From NCBI GenBank assembly GCA_010015805.1, contig ML978125.1, positions 2,046,001 through 2,110,000 on the forward strand: 64,000 bases of DNA. Direction: 5' to 3'. This document shows positions 47,490-60,750 of this stretch, piece by piece. Position 1 is the stretch's first letter. Each line of letters starts with the position of its first letter. The position numbers were made by a program, and so were the translations under genes. The notes beneath the pieces were generated by a model. That model worked only from the letters and a program-made list of their open reading frames with translations, was not told the origin of the DNA and searched no databases. The stretch comes from Rhizodiscina lignyota. Its lineage: Eukaryota.

Positions 47490-50400
47490 ATGGCGGAACA
47501 GCAGCAGCAGACCTATCCTGGTCACTATTCAGGAGCGAATCCAGTCCCAACCGTCAAGAAATTCATCCAGAGCCTTGACAAGGATAAGGCAGAGCGGGAC
47601 AAGCAGATTGACCAACAGTCCAAAGCAACTAAGGCTAACAAGAATGCTCCTCGGGGTGGAGATGCGAAACCACATGAAGCTCAGAGTGCCGGTGTCGAAG
47701 GCACTCAGCAGAGGGTCACGGATCCTGTGACAGGGCGGGAAGTCGTCATCGAGGATGTCAACAAGGAGATGATGAAGAATGTGGAAAATCCTATTCTCTC
47801 GGTGCCAAACGCCAATCTCGGGAAAGACACAGTAAGTTCAAAGCAAATTTAATGACAGCTTTTAGCTAACATCATCCAAGCCAATCAAGACAGATGCATC
47901 ACAACCGTATGCGGAATACAAACAAAACCAAGATGTCACTGCACCTCCAGATCCCGTCGCCGAAGGCACCACCTCAGATGTGCCCATCCACGGCGAAAAG
48001 ACAAACATCCTCTTTCACCCTACACCTTCCGTTAGTTACGAGCCTACATTTGCTGCATTGGAGAAGAGAGCCGGTGGGCTCTGCCTTGGTGTCCTCGTTG
48101 CAATCATAATAGTGGGCAAAATGTTTGGTGGAAGGCTCATTGGACTCATTCCATTGGCAATGTGCATTACGTCTGGCATATGGCTGTGGATGAAGGAGGT
48201 CGTCCGTAGCGGCCGGGAGGTAGAATGGGAGAGCGAAAAGACCAGGGGCCAAACAGTTTGTGGAATCTCGCATCATGACATTGGCTCCATGCTGACTATT
48301 TTCAGGCTACCGCGAATCTCTTACCGGAATCCGTAGAGTGGATGAATACCCTCCTTGGAATTGTCTGGGGCCTGGTCAATCCTGACATGTTTCAGGCTGT
48401 GGCCGATACCCTAGAGGACGTCATGCAAGCTTCTGTACCAGGCGTGATTGAGAATGTAAGGGTTGCCGAGATCAATCAAGGCAGCAACCCCATTCGCATT
48501 TTGAGTCTACGAGCACTGCCGGATGATCACATGAAAGAGATGAAGCAGGCGATCCATGAGGAAAACAAAAAGACCAAGGATCCACAAGAAGCAGCAGCTG
48601 ACGAAGAAGGCGGTGATTACTACAATCTGGAATGCTCTTTTGCCTACCATGCTCAGCCGAGCGGGAAGCGAGCATCAGACAAGGCCAGAAATATGCATAT
48701 GCAATTGGTCTTTTATCTGGGTATCAAGGGTCTCTTTGGAGTACCTCTCCCCATTTTCGTCGAACTCCAGGGCCTGGTCGGCACGGTTCGTCTTCGACTC
48801 GCGATGACGCCAGAACCGCCGTTCTTGAAGACGTTGACATTTACTCTCATGGGTGTGCCTCAAGTTCAAGCTGGCTGCATCCCAATGCTCGAAAAAGGCG
48901 TCAACATTCTCAATTTACCACTTATTTCGAACTTTGTCAACTACGCCATTGGTGCTGCGGCAAGCATGTATGTTGCCCCCAAATCTATGTCGATCGACAT
49001 GCGGGCGATTCTCCAAGGCGACGACATTACGAAGGATGTCCATGCTCTGGGTATTATGTGGATCCGGATACACCGTGCTGTAGGACTCAGCAAGCAGGAC
49101 AAGCGAGGCAGCAAGCATGGCGGCAGCGACCCATACATCACGCTGACATTCTCGAAGTACGGAAAGCCGATGTACTGCACCAGGGTTATTACGGATGATC
49201 TGAACCCAATTTGGGAGGAATGCTGTGCTCTGTTGGTTACTCCTGAGCTCATCAAAGCTGATGAGAATCTCAGCGTGGAGCTGTGGGATTCCGATCGCCA
49301 CAGTGCCGACGACATCGTTGGAAAGGTGGAACTGTCGATGCAGAAGATGATTCAGCATCCTGGCAAAATGTATCCTCAAGTGTCGAAACTCGCCGGAATG
49401 GATGCCGACAGTGAGATGCCGGGTGAGTTGCACTGGGAAGTTGGTTACTTTGGCAAACCCAAATTCCGCTCGGCTATGCGCACCGATGGCAAGAACAAGG
49501 CTCTTCCCGACGCGCTCAAAGATCATCCTGACTTACAGGATGAGAAAGGCGTTACAAACACAGAAGCAGACGATGCAGTGCAGCACACGCCCCCGGATCC
49601 ACTCTGGCCCAGCGGAGTCTGTAGCGTCATAGTCCACCAGGTCGTCAACCTTGAGCTCGAGAATGTCAAAGGCAGCGATGGTAACCGTGGGGGCCGAGAA
49701 TACGAACCTGCGAAGCCATATGGCGAGAACACTCGAGAGGAAGGAAACACTCTTCCGACAAGCTATTGCACAATTCTTTACAACGACGAGCTTGTGTATC
49801 GCACACGTTCCAAGGCAGTCTCCAGTCAGCCAATCTTCAACGCTGGAACCGAACGTTTCATCCGTGATTGGCGCTCTGCTATCGTCACGGTTACCGTACG
49901 CGACCAACGCAACAGGGAACACGATCCTATCCTCGGCGTAGTTCCACTGAAGCTAACAGACGTCTTGGAAACGAGTTCGCAAGTCACTCGATGGTACCCT
50001 CTAGACGGAGGTATTGGCTTTGGTCGAATCCGTATCTCACTCCTCTTCCGGAGTATCGAGACCCGTCTCCCTCCGAATCTTCTTGGATGGGATGTAGGCA
50101 CATTCGAGTTCTGCTCCGAACGCATTCTCGCTGTTGGCTATCAGCATACTGCGAAGCTCAAGATGCGTACCGGTGGCAGTATTGGCCGTATTCCGCGATC
50201 AGCAGCAAAGAAACTTGAGGAGGGTGATGGATATTACTGGGACCTCGCAGGAGACACCAAGAACTCTATCCGCCTGCCCGTCAAGTATCGCTACCGCTCA
50301 CCAATCGTATTCGAATTCCATGTGGCTCAGAAACGAAAGGCGGATGCATACGCTGTGATTTGGTTACACCACCTCATCGACAACGAAGACACGCCCATCA

Positions 50401-51291
50401 ACATCCCCATCTGGACGACTAATGCACCGGCGAGGCTCACACAAAACTACATTACCGAGCAGAACTCCCATAGCGAACCTGGTCTTGACGATCTCAAAGA
50501 GGTTGGCCGTTTGCAGTTCCGTGCGAGGTTCAAGGCTGGTATGGACGAGAGCCACGAATCATTTATCACTAATGACGACTCTCGCGAGACATACGAGACA
50601 TGGGAGGCCTGTCTAGCGGAGGGCGTGCGCCAGAGGATAGTTGACAAGGAGCTTCCAGATATGGTACAGCAACTTCATGACCAGAGTCTTACGGAGGGAC
50701 GAGACATACTGAAGGAAGCGGGTGAAGATGAGAAGCAGAAGTGGCTGGCCAAGGATGGAACAGATTGGAGCGGCGCCTTTGGGCACGATCCTGCGGCTTA
50801 TTTGGACAGCAAGGGCAAGAAGAAGAGAGAGCCTGGTGTGGATGAGCCGTTGAGGGATCCGCATCACCCTGATCAAAACGGCGATGTTCAAGACGACGAC
50901 GATGACGATGATGATGACGATTCGAGCGAAGACCTGGGTATCCAAGATGCAGATACTGCTGGCGATGTGTCTTCGAGCCAACCACGCCAGAGCATGGACA
51001 CCATGAATACCTCCAAGACTAGTGGGAGTACATTCTCCAACGGTTCCGTTAATCGGCAAAATAAGAGGACGGAGGAGAGAAAGGAGCGCGGCATGATGCA
51101 GTGGAAGCCAGCGAGGAATATCAAGTTTGCGAAAGACGAAGGCAAGATCGGACTGAAGAAGCTGAAGAGTAGACTTACTGGAGGATTGGATGGCCGACAG
51201 CCTGGTGTTGAGACTGGTGAGTTCATTGAGGGGTTCATACGTCCCTTGCATTGCAACGTTGCTGACTTCGCCTACAGAAACTGGATCATGA
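47490..51291 (+). CDS. SMP + C2 domain membrane protein (Mug190/tricalbin-like)
   Basis: TM hairpin, PESVEWMN, GTVRLRL, SDPYITL, LNPIWEE, ELWDSDR..ADDIVG, second C2 with HDPILG; three introns; terminal micro-exon ending TGA at 51289-51291. Confidence 0.88.
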
Positions 51292-52143
51292 GCACTACAT
51301 TTACCTTTGCGGCCTTTCTCCCCTAGTCCTCTGGCATACATTTGGAAGTTGGTATGAAGTCGGTCATCACTCGGAAAAGAATGAGACTAATCCCTTTCCT
51401 CTGTCATGTCTTTACGGGTTGATAGCGTTTGAAGCACATGTACACTACACTCCAGCAATAGCTGATATCAAAAAGTAATGGCCGACATTAAGCAAGTGTA
51501 CAATACAAGTTTCGCAAGTGCCTCTTATGCTAGCATGCCTTCACCATGAACCAAGTATCACGTTTCCTCAACACACTACCTCAAGATTTAGGAGAGCATA
51601 CAAATTTTCAAAAGCTGCCTCGTCAATGTCGTACTATGCACCGAGCCCAACGAATCAAATTCTTGTTCTGTTGACATATATACACACTTGGCGCACGAAG
51701 CTCTCGCTACATCACCACCTCAGTTGAACTAACCGGGTTTGGAAAGCGACCCGTTCGGGCAAAAGCTGCGAGCAAAGCTAGCCGAACATCATATTTCTGG
51801 ACTCCGTCAGCAACTAATAAGCAGAATTCGGGGTTCGCTTCGACTTTGGAGCTCTGCAGGAGCCGATTCCGATAGTAATCGTTGTCCGGGCCGTGGGACA
51901 CGAGCATTGATCGAACTGAAATAGGCTGAGTAATTTGCGGTGAACACGGTGAACGCGGCCCCCTTGGTCCGCTCATGGGTTGGCAAAAGAGGTAGTTGTT
52001 AAGGCTCACAAGCCAATCCATCGGAGAATCGCTGGTATCTCATCACCACTGTAGTACATCTGGTCTGACAGGCAGTTTCTGAGCCCTTCGATCAATATCT
52101 ACCTCCGATAGTCACATGTTTCTCGCTCTGTCAACTTTCCAAA

Positions 52144-54080
52144 ATGTCACTCTTTGACTTGTTTAGCTCCATATCACTCCTTGGCTCATTACTAGTTGCT
52201 ATAAGCCTCTGGACGGTGGTGGGCATTCTACGGAGAGCCTACTTCAGTCCACTGAGCAATATCCCGGGACCAGGTCTGGCAGCTCTCACACCGCTGTACG
52301 AGTTTTATTTCGACGTCATCAGACAAGGTCAATATACGTGGCAGATAGCCAAACTACACGAGCAGTATGGTGAGCGATTCCATATGTCAAGCTTTGCGCT
52401 GCCGCATCATGTCTTGAAATCAGCTTCGCCCCTGGAGCTGGAGTAATTTCACTCTCCCTTCCCCTCAAGTACCCATATTCGATTATTCTTGACCCGCAGT
52501 TTGGTTCTAGTCCTCACAACTCTAAACAGGCTTGAAGTTATTATCTTACTTGTACCAAAGTGTATCTTTTTGTCCTTTTTTCTCATATCTCACCACCAGA
52601 TCCTAACGGTCTCCATCTGCCAGCTCTCTAAGGGGGTTGAAACCGATTATGAGATTTGCTGCGTACAGTCACTAAGTAGAGAACAGGGCCAATTATTCGA
52701 ATCAGCCCCTACGAAGTCCACATCAATGATCCGGAGTTCATTGACGAGGTATACCGCGGGAACTCGGAGAAGTGGAAGCCAGCAGCAGAGATCTTTGGCA
52801 CTGGAAAATCAGTATTCGGTCAGCCATTCGGCGCATTGAACAGTACTCCAAACCAGAATCGTCAAACTGACATAGTCAGGAACTGTGCCGCATGAACTGC
52901 ATCGCATACGTCGAGCACCACTGAACGGTTACTTCTCCAAGCAAGCAGTGAACCGCCTGGCACCAGTGATCCAGTCTTCCATCGAGGCCCTCTGCAAGCG
53001 GATGAGCGAAGCAAAAAGTTCGGGACAGCCGTTTGAGCTAGGCATCGCCTACATCGGACTCACTGTCGACATCATTACCGAATACTCGTTTGCGGAGCCC
53101 TATGGATGCCTGAAGCGGGAAGATCTCGGGAAGGAATGGTACGATATGATGACGGAGGCAACCAAGATCGTTCCGCTTTCCTTCCAGTCTGGATGGGTCA
53201 TGAAAACGCTGGAGGCAATGCCTGTTTCGATGGTCAAGGTTATGAATCCCCAGCTGATGTGCATGATCGACTATCAATCAGTTAGGTTTCCCTCCCGAGC
53301 GTGAACCATCCTCTTCTAATCCCGCAATAGGACATCGAACAACGCCTTCGAAAGCTGAAGGACGTGAACGAAAGGAGCAAGACGACGATCTTCCAGAGCC
53401 TTCTCAACGGCGATCTTCCCCCGCAAGAAAAGGAAATCCCTCGTCTTGTGGATGAAGGCATGGGGCTCGTCGCTGCCGGAGCGAATACGACAGCACACAC
53501 GCTGAAATATGTCACATTCCAGCTTCTGAACAATCCTGATATTCTTCACAAGCTTATGGAGGAGCTAGTTGACGCCATCCCGGATCCTAGCGTAATCCCG
53601 CCTGTTTCAAGCCTTGAGCAGTTGCCGTATCTCAGTGCCATCATTCAAGAAGCCCTCCGGACTGCTAATTCCGTTCCACATCGACTGCAGAGGGTCTCAA
53701 CGAACAGCACGGTGAGATACAGAGGGTACGATATTCCACCAGGAACGCCTGTGGGCATGAGTCCCACCCTCATTCATGAGAATGCCGACCTATTCCCCAA
53801 CCCAAAGACGTTCAAACCAGAGCGCTGGCTTGACGCCGATGGTAAACGAACAGTGGAGCTGACCAGGTACTTGATGCCATTCGGACGGGGCACAAGACAG
53901 TGTATTGGGATGAATCTGGCTTGGGCGGAGCTGTATATGACTCTGGGGACGGTCTTTCGAAGGTTTGATATGAAACTGTACCAGACGAACCTGGAGGATG
54001 TTGAGGTTGTTCATGATTTCTTCAACGGTCTGCCAAAGGACGGTGCAAAGGGCTTGCGAGTCCTCATTGCTCAAAAGTAA
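52144..54080 (+). CDS. Cytochrome P450 (CYP58/trichodiene-oxygenase-like group)
   Basis: [27 protein letters not shown] (I helix), EALR (ExxR), [14 protein letters not shown] (heme Cys); introns 52370-52686, ~52819-52879, ~53281-53330. Confidence 0.93.
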
Positions 54081-55036
54081 TGCTCAATCTGCCTTTGCGC
54101 ATCTTGTTTCTGCAGAGTAGCACAGCGCAAATGAAAATACCTTGAATGCTCCGTACTGTTGAACTACTGTACGCGGGTAGAATCCAATGTTCAATGTCAA
54201 GTTACTCGCGCAGTTGTAAATGACCTGCATCAATAGAACAGCTATGATCGATCGCCCCTCTGAAGAATATAGAACTAAACTTTCAGACATAGTCTCGCTG
54301 ACCTTGAAGTGCGAGAGCTGGACACCCTTATGTGTGTTACTTCTTGTCCGTCTGCCAGCTATTTTGTCACGATCGGAGGGCGCCAACATCACGACGCTTC
54401 CCGATGCGGATATTTTCACGTGCAGCAGCCAAAGTACAACAGTCCGCCCGCGCTTTCCCATCCAATGCAAACAACATTTAAAGCAATAATACGCACAGGC
54501 ATCTGAGATTGGTACAGTTGAGTCAGTAGGTCTCGGTATGCGCAGTCCTTTCACCATGTGCTCCGTAGATTAGACCAGAACAATGTTTTCGTCGGAAGCT
54601 AAAGCTCTCAAATTAGAGAATTCCAACTGTTTCAAGCTAATGAGAGTGTGAGGGCTCTGGGAGCGATGCGTGTGGACGTTCTGCACCAGCTCCGGCCGTT
54701 ATCTCGCGAGCTTTGCGCATTGACCATTTGGTAGCATGCTGCATGACAAGTGGAGTATGGCCCTACTACCTAGTAACCTAGATGAACAATGCCGGGTGGA
54801 CTTGGGTGCGCTGCATATGCGCCGAAGAACTGATCGGATTCTCTCGATGTAAAGTTGCGCGCTGACGCGGTGGACAAGGGATAGATGCGCATTTGTTGCC
54901 ATGGATCTGCATTCAAAAAACACCATTTTCACGTTCAATCAGGCAAGCACTCTCAGACTAAACAATCTCTAAAGATTGATAGCTATGTTAGGCATCTAAA
55001 GAACATTTACATGGCAGGCGTGGACGCTCCCCGTGA

Positions 55037-57325
55037 TCAGTTCCTCAACTTATCTATAATGTTGGCGAAGAATCCTAGCTTCTTCCCCTCTGGCTCCTCA
55101 ATCTTAACTAGACGGTCTGAGAAGTCCATTTCATCGAGACGTACCCTACGCGCAGTTAGCGATAAGAACTTTGGGCTACTGTGAATCTCGTGTATGCGGG
55201 CTCACCATCGGGTCTTGTGATACCACTTGTAGCCCACGAAGAGGATGATGGCAGTTGGGATCATGATATAAGACGAGATAAAGAGCCTCCAGTCGAATGG
55301 ATTTTCGAAGGAGACGAAACCTTGAATGAACAGGATGAAGACGGTCAGGAAAAGGTTGAACCGGTAGATCCAGATGCTTCCGAAACTTTTGAAAGGATAG
55401 GTATCAGGATGGATCCCTTGTTTTTCCAACCCAGAGCGGACACGGAGGTGAGTGAAGATGATGCCAGCCCAGGCGAGGTAGGCAGCTGAGCCACCCACCG
55501 AGGTGATGTATGCGAAGACTTGACCAGCTGTGATTCCGAGGTTCATCAAGGCGAGGAAGCCCCAACAGCAGGAGGTCAGAATTGAGACGTAAGGAACTTT
55601 GAGATTATCAGCATGTCATTGGGGGACGGTCGTACGTCAAGGATACTCACCTCCTTTCTTTGAAGTGATTGCAAAGCATCTCGGAGCTCGACCGGTGAGC
55701 GCAAGCGAGTAGAGGGCTCGCGACTGAACATATATGCAACCATTGACTGCTGAGATGAATGCAACGACAATCAAGGCGTTGATAAAGTGTCCAGATGACT
55801 TCCATCCAGCTTGTGTGAATCCGATTGTGAATGGAGAAGATGCGACAGTCGATGAGGCATTGATTAGCAAAGGGGAGTCGGATGGACAGATAAGTCCTTG
55901 GAAGAATATCAGCCCCATGTAGACGAACAAGATTCGATATACGACAGTGTTGACACCCTATTAGAGTCAGCTCGACGCTCTCAGTTTGGGAGTTGATCAG
56001 TCATACCCTAGGGATTGAACGTCTTGGATCCTTAGTTTCACCAGCAGCCAGGGAAATGATTTCTGTTCCGACATAATATGCAGATGCAAGGACGAACACT
56101 TGGCCAAAACCGTTGATGCCATTGAGGATCGGCCCTATATCGTCAGCTGAGCTCTCTCAAAGGGAGGTACTGTGACTGCATATCTCAGCACCGACTTCAA
56201 CTGTGAAAGCAAGAGTGATGGAGGTATTGGCATTGAGTCTTGTCGCGAAGTTTTCGAGGTCGAAAATATCGGCTGCCCGCAGTTTTGATACCGTCGGGAG
56301 TTGGGTCAACTCCAAACCTGCCGGAATATACCCACGCACTCGTGCCGAGGGTGGAGCGGATACGAATCTCGCTGTGTCTTTCATAGCATGGCCGTAGCCG
56401 AACAGCCTCCATCCTCCTTGCCCTCAAAGTGAAGCCAGTGGGTAGATATGCAGTACATATGACCAACTTACCTGTTGGATGGCCCCAATACTTAAATCCA
56501 ATATATCCATTTCCAAATGCACCAGCGTCGACGAGGATAGAGATGAAGAAGCAGACGGCGAGTGAAATGATCTTAAACCATCCCATATAGTATTCGATTT
56601 CGCCGTACACGACAACACCCAGTGTCGTGATGATCATGAAGAACACCCAAAAGACGAGCACCCAGCCGTACATTGGCATTTTGGATTCGGGTACCCAAAA
56701 CTGGAGGATAAGAATAGCGCCATTCCATTCTGTCGGGAGGAAACATTTAGTGATCACAAACTAATTGATGATTCAGTGATCGGAAGCTTACCACTCCCGA
56801 GGAAGACACTCCACATCAGATAATAGAGCCATGCCATCGAGAAGCTGAAAGCAGGATCGACAAAGCGTGTAGCATGCTGCAATTATGTCAGTTTGGTGAC
56901 TGAGGCCGAAGTGGAGCATCTCACTTCAATGAAGCCCCCAGCTATCGGGAACATCGTTGTCACCTCTCCAATACTCTGCATGAGCGCCCAGATGATGAAG
57001 CCTGCTCGAATTTCAGTCCCATCATTGCCTTACAGCATCAGGATCAGAACCTACCAACGATGCCGAACCCCAGAAGAGCACCAAGTGGCCCAGATAGGTA
57101 CAATGCATATCCAAAGCCATAAAAACAGCTCGCTCCAATGACACTGGCGAGGGAAATGAGCGAGACATGTCTGCCCAAGAGGCCTCGTCTTAGACCGTCT
57201 TCGATGATGATGCCATCACCAATCTCAATTGGTCCAATTATCTCGGAAACCTGCTTCTCGTCTACAGAGGCGTCTTTGGACAGCTCGACTGATGCCGGCG
57301 ACTTGAAATCCTTGGCTTCGGCCAT
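55037..57325 (-). CDS. Amino acid permease (APC/YAT family)
   Basis: LRRGLLGRHVSLISLASVIG, SGPLG, GGFIE-HATRFVDPAFSF, YGEIEY, YVGTEII, SSPFTI, SRALY; multiple introns including a 337-nt intron at 56135-56471. Confidence 0.9.
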
Positions 57326-58024
57326 TGTTGAGATGCAGAGGTACGAATCGTACCTGAATAGCAGTACAATCTCCAATTTCTAGGCATTGCTTAACCAAAG
57401 GCTTTTATTGAGCGACTATAGTCAAAGTTGCGGCAAACGTCCCCCGATATCCGTCTCTTACAGTGTTCCGCGCAGAGTATAGATAAGTCGAGATAGCAGA
57501 GATAACAAGGTCCTAAGGGATCCCTTGTGAGGATATGGCAGGTATCTGCCATGATAACACACCCCAGACTATTAGCCTGATTCAAACCACATAAATTCCC
57601 GCAAGTTGACCAGTGGGGGGAGGTTGATCTCCGCAAAGAATCTGGTCTTGTTTCGACCCAGGTTCACGTCCGGGTCCAGATCATGCATGATCCTCGCATG
57701 GCCTTACCAAATCGTGCAAGACGACTGTGAAATGGAAAGGGGAATTTGCCCCATAACCGGCAAATGCATGTGGTAGAGTACAATCGGTGCGACTGATGGA
57801 TAGTCACTTCGTGGGCGTCCTCGCTAGCCCCCAGCCGTCAACCTGGGTTCTGGCTGCGATAGGGTTTGAGCGACCGATGTTCTCTGTACATTGCGCCATC
57901 ATTGGCGAAGTGAAGCGAACGAGTCGGTTCTGCGCTTGTGCTTGTGGGCTCGGATGTGTAGGTTGAAATAATGTAAAGAGGACAGAGTACCGACGGGAAA
58001 TGCGTCGTGGTTATTAATAGCCCC

Positions 58025-58042
58025 AGGGTTAGGGTTAGGGTT
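58025..58042 (+). repeat. Short interstitial telomere-like repeat (AGGGTT)3
   Basis: AGGGTTAGGGTTAGGGTT directly visible. Confidence 0.8.
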
Positions 58043-58587
58043 GACGTTGATGTATATATTTTTCGATATTCGACCACGTTGTCATTCGTATGTTACTGGA
58101 AGCTTATATTGTTATATTTGAACGCTACAGGTGTGGTTTGGCTCTTTTTATGGTCAATTTAGGTTGATGTTGACTGGCTGTACGATGGTTGCCTGTTCTC
58201 ATCTGTTTCTTATGAAAATGTATCAACGAATTATTAACATTTGAGGTGACGACGATTAGCACCCAGCCACACAAAAGGACCAAGCCAAATACGCAGGAAA
58301 GAACGATATCGAAGCATAAATACAACCGTATTCGTCATTTACGTGACAATAGCACAGGCGTCGTGCCCTGAAAACACAGTCGAATTTATGTCACCAGCAG
58401 GCACGTGGAATTGACATGGTCACGCAAGAGGACAGTACTTCCCCAGCGCCCAATGACGGGACTGCACAGTAGAACTTGGCTCATGTGCAAGGACATTAAC
58501 TCTTTTGACTCATACTATACATATGTGCTACGGTATCCACCCCTTATTGAAAACCATGAGACTAATTCACGTCCAACAAAATCGCAT

Positions 58588-60420
58588 TCATCCCAGAAGC
58601 ATTTTCCTTGGGTCCTCAATGTAGTCCTTGATCTTCACGAGGAAAGTCACCGCTTCTCGTCCATCCAGCAACCGATGGTCATATGTCAGAGCGAGATACA
58701 TCATCTGGATTGGTCAGCGACAAGAATCCGAATTGATTACACGACTTACAGGCCGAATTTCGATTTTACCGTTGACAACAACGGCCTTGTCCTTAATGGC
58801 GTGTAATCCAAGTACAGCCGTCTGCGGGAGATTGATGATTGGTGTTCCCATAAGTGATCCAAAGACACCGCCCTGCGGGTGTGAGAAGCATATCGATATA
58901 CACAGAAAGGGAGACTTACATTGCTGATGGTGAAAGTGCCACCAGCCATGTCCTCGATAGTAAGCTTGTTATCACGAGCCTTCTTACCGAGACCAGCAAT
59001 CGCAGCTTCGATGCCAACCAAATCCAATGATTCAGCGTTCCGAACCACTGGCGTGACAAGGCCCTTCTCGGTAGCAACTGCCACACTAATGTCGACATAA
59101 TCACGATAGACGATAGTATCTCCGCCGTTTGGCCCCTCGATAGACGCGTTGACTGCGGGGATCTCCTTCGCTGCTAGGACGCAGGCTCTTGAGAAAGCGC
59201 TCATGAAGCCAAGCTTCACGCCCGTCTTCTTCAGGATTTCGTCCTTGTACAACTTGCGGAACTCCATGAGCGATGACATGTCCACTTCGTTGAAGGTGGT
59301 CAGGGATGCGGCGGTATTCTGAGACTGCTTCAGACGTTCGGCAATTCGTAAGCGCATGCGGTTCATTTTGACCTGGCGCAAGGTAAGCATCCTATTCATA
59401 AGCAGGCCAGTAGAACCATACTCTTCTCTCTTCGCGACTACCAATAGGCGAGTCCGAGACTCTAGGTGTGGGTTCCTCCTTCTTCTTTGAAGGTTCAGGC
59501 TTCTTCTGCTGTGGCGGGGGTGATGGAGGTGGCGTTGGCTTTTTCTCCTCTTTAGGTGGCTCTGGTTTTGTCTCTTGCTTGGGCGGTTCGGGCGCTTTTT
59601 CTTCTTTTGGCGGCTCTGGCTTTGCCTCCTCCTGACCGCCCTTGGGTTGTGAGGGCGTCTCCTGTTTCTCAGAGGCTGGCTGCTTTGGCTCCTCCTTCGC
59701 AGTATCCTTTTTCTCACCTGAAGGCTCGCCACCACTCTCCATCTTTATCAGATCTTGCCCGACTGACACTGTGTCCTCTTCTTTGACAAGGAATTCTTTT
59801 ATGGTACCAGCTTCAGGCGCGTTGACGGCAACATCGATCTGCAAGAGGTCAGAGAGGGAGTTATATGGTGTTGGATGTACTGACCTTGTCGGTTTCGATG
59901 GTCGCAAGTTCATCATCTTGTTCAACGTAGTCGCCGACCTCTTTCCAAAACATTAGTCGTTTGCATGGACAGCAGGTAACCGCTTGTCTCGAGGCGCCTT
60001 AAACGTACGCTTGTTGAATTGTTTTAATGTTCCCTCCGTAATAGACTCTGCCATTTGTGGCACTTTGACAATGGTATCGGCTACGGCCAATTATTAGCGA
60101 CCCGTCTGCTGTGACTTGTAGTGCGACCTCACCATAATAGCGCGTCTGTATGCTGGTAATGGGATGAAACAACGACGGAGACGTCAGCGAGCCACGACTG
60201 CTTCTAGTCAGCACAGCAGATCGCAAAGTCTTTGAACATATACTTACTCCGCAGAAGACGCAAGGAGAAAGGATCTGGCATTGCTCGTTCGGCTTGAGAA
60301 GCTTCTTGACGTAGCTGTGGCTGGAGCTCTCGACAGTTGCGGAGTAAAACGAGCTCGACGAAGCGTTCGCAATGCGCTCCTAGAGGCGGGCAGCCTACAG
60401 AGACACTGTTGGCCTGCCAT
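58588..60420 (-). CDS. KGD2: Dihydrolipoamide succinyltransferase (E2 of 2-oxoglutarate dehydrogenase), mitochondrial
   Basis: Arg/Ser-rich presequence, [16 protein letters not shown] (lipoyl Lys), P/E/K linker, [45 protein letters not shown]. Confidence 0.96.
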
Positions 60421-60750
60421 TGTAGCTCTCTGAAGTACAACTCCTGCGTTTCCACGTCTGAACGGCCAGGATAGAGAAAAGATGCGCGAATAACGTAGGC
60501 TGGAAGAAAACGGCATCATTGTTCGGCGGGAAGCTCTCGGGTCGCCGCTGACATAACCCACGCTAGTGCAGGTTCGGCTTGGCCATCGACCTCATCCATC
60601 AATGGAGCTTGCATCTCATCTTGAAGTGCCGATATCGACGCAGAGCAATCCGGAATAGGCCATTTCCAAAGCACGGCGAGTAGATGCTGTGGTTAGCGAG
60701 CGATTGAACTCGACCAAGCAGTGCTCGACCGTTCTCTCCACCGCTACAAC

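Noticed and set aside
50893..50921. GAY trinucleotide run
   Set aside because: Ordinary poly-Asp tract within the C2-domain protein.
56135..56471. TPP riboswitch (GCTGAGA in a long intron)
   Set aside because: Lacks the downstream CTTGATC...GATAAT...AGCG consensus; the motif lies within the long stem arm.
52144..57325. Secondary-metabolite cluster around the P450
   Set aside because: No PKS, NRPS, terpene cyclase or other backbone gene in the window.
57400..58580. Telomerase RNA around the CCCTAA repeats
   Set aside because: The gap is short for a filamentous-fungal TER, three repeats exceed a normal template, and no pseudoknot was recognised.
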